A DNA stretch of 64,000 nt from contig CAVVXN010000003.1 of the NCBI GenBank assembly GCA_963752285.1, forward strand, positions 444,179-508,178. Direction: 5' to 3'. Numbering within the stretch: position 1 is the stretch's first letter; each line of letters starts with the position of its first letter. This DNA is from an uncultured Planctomycetota bacterium. Its GTDB lineage: Bacteria; Planctomycetota; PLA2; JAEUHO01. Positions 59,941-64,000 of this stretch are shown here, in pieces. The translations under genes were made by a program, and so were the position numbers. The notes below the pieces were generated by a model. That model was given only the letters and a program-made list of their open reading frames with translations, was not told the origin of the DNA and searched no databases.

Positions 59941-61447
59941 CTAGGGGAAGGCGAAGGTGGCGGTCGCCATGGTGGGGGCCGCGGTGCCGACGATCTCGAT
60001 CGGCTGCTGGTCGGCCTGGTTCGTCATCGCGGCGTCCACGAAGGACACCGTGACCGTGTACGAGCCCGAGGGGAGGGCCGTGAAGGTCGCGACGCCGGTC
60101 GCGTCGGTGGCGCCGTTCGCGACGACGTCGCCGAAGGTGCTGAGCACCCGGACCGCGGCGCCGTCCACGGGGACGAGGGCCTGGGTGACCGTCACCTGGA
60201 GGTCCTGCGTCAGGGCGTGCATCACGACGAGGAGCCCCGTGCCGCCGAGGGTGGGGGAGAGGGACGAGAGCGAGGCGTCGTCGAAGCCGGGCTTCGAGAA
60301 GGTGAGGTCGTACGTTCCCGCCGAGAGGCCCGGGATCTGGAAGCCCCCGCTCGCGTCGGTGGTCGTGGTCCCGACGACGTTCGCGGTGCCGCTCTCGGTC
60401 GCGGTGACCGTGACGTCGGCGAGCGAGGTGTCGTCGGTCGGGTCGCCGACGGTCGCGGCGTCGCTCATCACGGTGCCCGAGAGCTCGCCCGTCGCGACCA
60501 GCGTGACGCCCGCGGGCGTGAGGTTCGCGACCACCACGACCACGTCGTCGATCCGCCCCGGCTCGTGACCGGTCGCGAGGACCTGGAGGTCGTACGTGCC
60601 CGGCGCCAGGCCCGAGAGGACGGCCACGCCGGAGAGGTCGGTGCCCGCGGTCGCCGCGGGGGTCCCGGGCGGCACGAGGTCGAGGTCGCCGTCGTGGTAG
60701 GCCTCGACGGTCGCGCCCGCGAGGACCACGTCGTCGCTCGTGTCGCCCGGCGTCAGGCTGTCGCTCGAGACGCTGACCTGGATCGACCCCGCGACCGACT
60801 CGTTCGTCGCGCGTACGACCGGGGTGAAGATCACCCGCTTGACGCCCGGCGGATGCGTGACGGGTCCGTTGAACACGAAGTTCTTCGAGAGGTCGAAGTC
60901 GAGGACCAGGTCGCTCGAGAGCTGGGTCACCACGGTGATCGAGCCCTCGATCTTGACCTTCAGGCCCGACTGCGAGGCGCTCGGGAACTTGAGCCGCCCG
61001 TTCGCGGTCGAGTAGACGGGGTCGCCGCCGTCCGCGAAGGCCTCGGGCGTGAGCATCACCTGGCCCGCATCGACGATCACGCGGACGTTGTCGTACGTGC
61101 CGGGCTCGAGGTCGGCCTGGACGAGGGGCAACGAGTTCCCGCCGGTCAGCGGCACCAGATCGACCTCCGTCGGCCCGGTGTAGACGGTCGTCCAGCCGCC
61201 GGTCGAGCTCTGGACCTCGATCGACTCGACGACGATCGACGCCGAGGCGACGTAGTCGTACGGGAAGGGCGCGTCGCGAACCATCACGTTGAGCTTCCCG
61301 GTCGTGACGCCGCTCGGCGGCGGATTCCCGGTGGGGAGGCCGGACGAGCCCCCGCCCCCACAGGCGCCGAGCAGGAGCAGCAGGGCGACGAGGCCGGCGG
61401 ACGACGCCGCGGCGCCGAGGACGGCGCGAGACGGGTAGGGAAGGCAT
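59941..61447 (-). CDS. DUF4382-like lipoprotein with carboxypeptidase-regulatory-like repeats; 1-nt frameshift just after the start
   Basis: GGAGG RBS and ATG 61447, one base out of frame with ...LLLLLGAC lipobox; V.V.DAP, VDL..L..G, G.Y..VR, LVLDFDLSK.F, F.PVVRA; TD..G....GL..GTY repeats. Confidence 0.8.
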
Positions 61448-61844
61448 GCGCGAGTCCTCCGAGAACGGAACCGATCCGGCGAGGCCCCAGGGGCCCGCCC
61501 CTCCGCGGTCGAGCCTAGCGCCCGAATCGCGTCCGACCACGGGGCCCAACCCCTCGTTCACGCCCGGCGACCGAGTCGTGAAGGGTCCGCGAGGACGACC
61601 CGGGCCGGTCTCCGACGTCGGGCGCCGCGGCCGGAGCGCCTGGGCCCGAAGCCCCGCGGTGGCGCTCGCCGGCCCCTCGGGACCGGCCCCCGCGGTGGGG
61701 TGGGATCGACGCCCAGATTTGCCGGCCCTGCTGACCCCGTCCACCGCGCGCGGCCGAAAATCGACACCCGGTGTCGGATCCTTCGATACGGAGGCCCCGG
61801 CGGGGCGCTCCATCGACGGCCAGGAGCCGGGCATGCCCCGAACG

Positions 61845-62192
61845 CTACGGCCCCCGACTCCCGCGCCGGTCTCGCTCGAGCAACGCCGAGAGCACGGCGG
61901 ATCGGATGATCAACCACTCGACCGCGATGCCGATCAGACTCAAAGCGATGGGAAGGAGAGGCGCCGCCTTCTCCATGCTCGAGAGGCCGCCAATGGCGCA
62001 CAGCGCGCCGACGATCAGGAGCAGCCCGATGACGATCTCTCCGGCCGTCCCCTTCCGCTCCGCCTGCTCGCGGTAGAGCTTCCCCATCCGGCTCGTCCCG
62101 CACCCGTGGCAGTAGGTCTTCCCCCACGGGATCTCCGTTCCGCAGTCGGCGCAGAGCGTCACACGCCCCGCGTCTTCCGGCATCTTCGGCAT
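61845..62192 (-). CDS. Zinc-ribbon membrane protein
   Basis: AGGAGG RBS; CADCG...YCHGCG followed by two TM helices. Confidence 0.75.
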   Translation of the reverse strand: MPKMPEDAGRVTLCADCGTEIPWGKTYCHGCGTSRMGKLYREQAERKGTAGEIVIGLLLIVGALCAIGGLSSMEKAAPLLPIALSLIGIAVEWLIIRSAVLSALLERDRRGSRGP

Positions 62193-62359
62193 GCCCGGTC
62201 CCTCCTGTCCGGTCGGCGACTCTACGGCGACGGGGATCGTGCGCGCCATGCCGACCGCCACGCGACGCTCGGGGGCGGCCGCCCCTTGGGCCCTCGAACC
62301 CGCACCCGGGGTGGACCCACCCGGACGGCCTCGTCGGGGATCCATCCTCGGGTCCGACG

Positions 62360-63010
62360 CTACCTCCCCTGACCCAGCCCCCTTCGAACCTCCTGCTCAT
62401 GCTGTCGCCACCACTCCGCCCAGTCCTTCCTGGCATCCGCCGGAGAAGCGCCGGCCGCCTCCCCCGACGTGCTCGTGCTCCGAAGCGTGATGTTTCCGAG
62501 TGCCTCACTCGCCCCCAACCGCACGAGGCTGTCCTCGTCCGCGAGCATCTCGATCAAGACGGGCACGGCATCGACAGCCTTCATCTCGCCGAGCGCCTTG
62601 GCCGCCGCCGCCCGCGTGAGCGCGTCCGGGTTCGTCCTCGCCGCACCGGTGAGAGCCTGCGCGGCGCGTTCGCCGCCCAGGTCTTGGAGCCGGAAGACCG
62701 CATCGAACGACTGGGCGGCATCGCTGCTCTCGAGAGCGGCGATCCGCCGATCCACTTCGGCCTCACGTCTCTCGATCTCGGGCCCACGTTCGGTCGGTCG
62801 CGCAGCACCGGAAGGCGTTCCCGGCGACGGGGCCTCCCGTCGTGTAGAGCCTCCTCGCCCCATCGCGTAGCCGACCAACAGACCGCCGCAGAGCCCGCTC
62901 AGGCCGGCAACCAAGGCGACCGCAGTTCGAGGCCAAGGGGCCATGTCCTGGATGCTATGCCCCGCCTCTCCCTCGAGCAGCGTCCGCTCGTCCCGGTCGT
63001 GGATCGTCAC
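62360..63010 (-). CDS. Membrane-anchored HEAT-repeat protein
   Basis: TM helix; RAAAAKALGEMK...AVPVLI..L.DED..VR..A..AL..IT; W..WW; start uncertain (63010 or 62944). Confidence 0.75.
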   Translation of the reverse strand: MTIHDRDERTLLEGEAGHSIQDMAPWPRTAVALVAGLSGLCGGLLVGYAMGRGGSTRREAPSPGTPSGAARPTERGPEIERREAEVDRRIAALESSDAAQSFDAVFRLQDLGGERAAQALTGAARTNPDALTRAAAAKALGEMKAVDAVPVLIEMLADEDSLVRLGASEALGNITLRSTSTSGEAAGASPADARKDWAEWWRQHEQEVRRGLGQGR

Positions 63011-63459
63011 CGCAACGACCTCGCCCTCGGGGAGCCGACGGTCGATCCGAGCCTGAGGCGCGGCCGTGCCGCGCGCACCCCTCGGTTTCGCACGCACCCC
63101 CCCGCCAACCCCGTACCGCGCCCGCGTATGGGACCGGCTCCCGGTGCGGCATCCGGACGCATCACGCGTCCTCGAATCTGAACGCGCGCCTCGGCCGGCC
63201 GGCGCCCGCGATCCCCCTCGGGCGGCGTGCGGGCGGACCTCGCGGCGCGCGGTCGGACCGCGGGCGCCGGCCCGCCCAGCCCGTCCGACAGCCTCGGATC
63301 GGTCTTCCCGGACACCGGGGCGCACGCCCCTGGGGCGGGCTCCGGGCCTTCGCCCCGACCGCGGTCGGGCCCACCCCCGCGCCCGGGCCTACACATTGCG
63401 TGAACAGGTCCGACGCCGCCGGCGCGGCGTCGCCCCCGCGTCTTCGAGCTGGAGGGAAC

Positions 63460-64000
63460 GTGGCCGACTCGATCGCTCTCTGTGTCCATCCGGGTTCTCG
63501 GCGGGCCGCCGTCCGCCGGCCGGTCCCGGCGCCCCGCGGCCGGCTCGCGCTGGGGCTCGTGGCCGCCCTCGTCCTCGGAGGCTGCGGCGCGGCCGCGCCC
63601 GCGGTCCCGCCGGGCGGCGCCGGGACCCTCAAGAGCGGCTCCGTCGGCGAGGAGGCCTGGGCGCAGCAGGTCGTGGACCTCACGAACCAGATCCGGATCG
63701 AGAACGGCCTTCGCCCCCTGGTCGTGGACGAGCGCGCCGCGGCCGCCGCCTACACGCACTCGTGGGACATGGACCAGCGCGGCTACTTCGCCCACGAGAG
63801 CCCCGACGGTGCCGGCCCGGCCGACCGCCTCGCCGCCGAGGGGGTCACGTTCACGTACGCCGGCGAGAACATCGCGAGGGGCCAGCCCACGCCCGAGGAG
63901 GTCGTGAAGGCCTGGTGGGAGTCGCCCGACCACCGCGCAAAACCTCCTCTACCCCGGCTGGACGCACGTCGGGGTGGGCGTCCACTCGGGCCCGAAGAAC
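63460..64000 (+). CDS. CAP/SCP domain lipoprotein, 3'-truncated, with a 1-nt frameshift at 63939-63942 (absent from the ORF track)
   Basis: GGAGG RBS and GTG; LGGC lipobox; V.LTN.IR..NGL.PL, HS.DM....YFAH, GENIA.GQ.TPEEVV.AW..SP.HR; removing one A gives ANLLYPGWTHVGVG. Confidence 0.88.
   Translation, partial: MADSIALCVHPGSRRAAVRRPVPAPRGRLALGLVAALVLGGCGAAAPAVPPGGAGTLKSGSVGEEAWAQQVVDLTNQIRIENGLRPLVVDERAAAAAYTHSWDMDQRGYFAHESPDGAGPADRLAAEGVTFTYAGENIARGQPTPEEVVKAWWESPDHRAKPPLPRLDARRGGRPLGPEE

Overview
GC-rich bacterial chromosomal window with about 50 genes. The abundance of secreted HEAT/TPR/carboxypeptidase-regulatory-like proteins, a PEP-CTERM protein and a Ser/Thr kinase-AAA-TPR fusion suggests a Planctomycetota-like organism (inference only). 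From 1.2 to 11.7 kb there is a metal-homeostasis island: Dps, a DUF134 regulator with a perfect 14-bp operator-like palindrome, a Ni/Co ECF transporter (cbiM/nikMN-cbiQ-cbiO), an orphan ZnuA-like lipoprotein, an extremely His-rich RcnA-like transporter, and an operon of porin, monoheme cytochrome c and divergent diheme CcP/MauG-like lipoprotein behind a Fur-box-like palindrome. Further along are SNF2 helicase plus SWIM, MgtE, PP2C, several HEAT-repeat proteins, an antiporter-PTS IIA fusion, HDAC, two cNMP-domain proteins, LysR, ETF-QO, an ABC exporter, ferredoxin, SDR, O-methyltransferase, proteases, fumC and two-component genes. The best novelty candidate is a gene the ORF track truncates (40356-41132). 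It has an RBS, GTG start, signal peptide and in-frame UGA (G-U-C-G-G), followed 11 nt later by a hairpin closely resembling the E. coli fdhF SECIS, so it is a probable new secreted thioredoxin-like selenoprotein. The second candidate is the Fur-boxed porin/cytochrome operon. A dispersed REP-like doublet occurs three times. Several genes carry single-base frameshifts, mostly in homopolymers, that look like long-read errors. No rRNA, tRNA, CRISPR array or transposase was seen.
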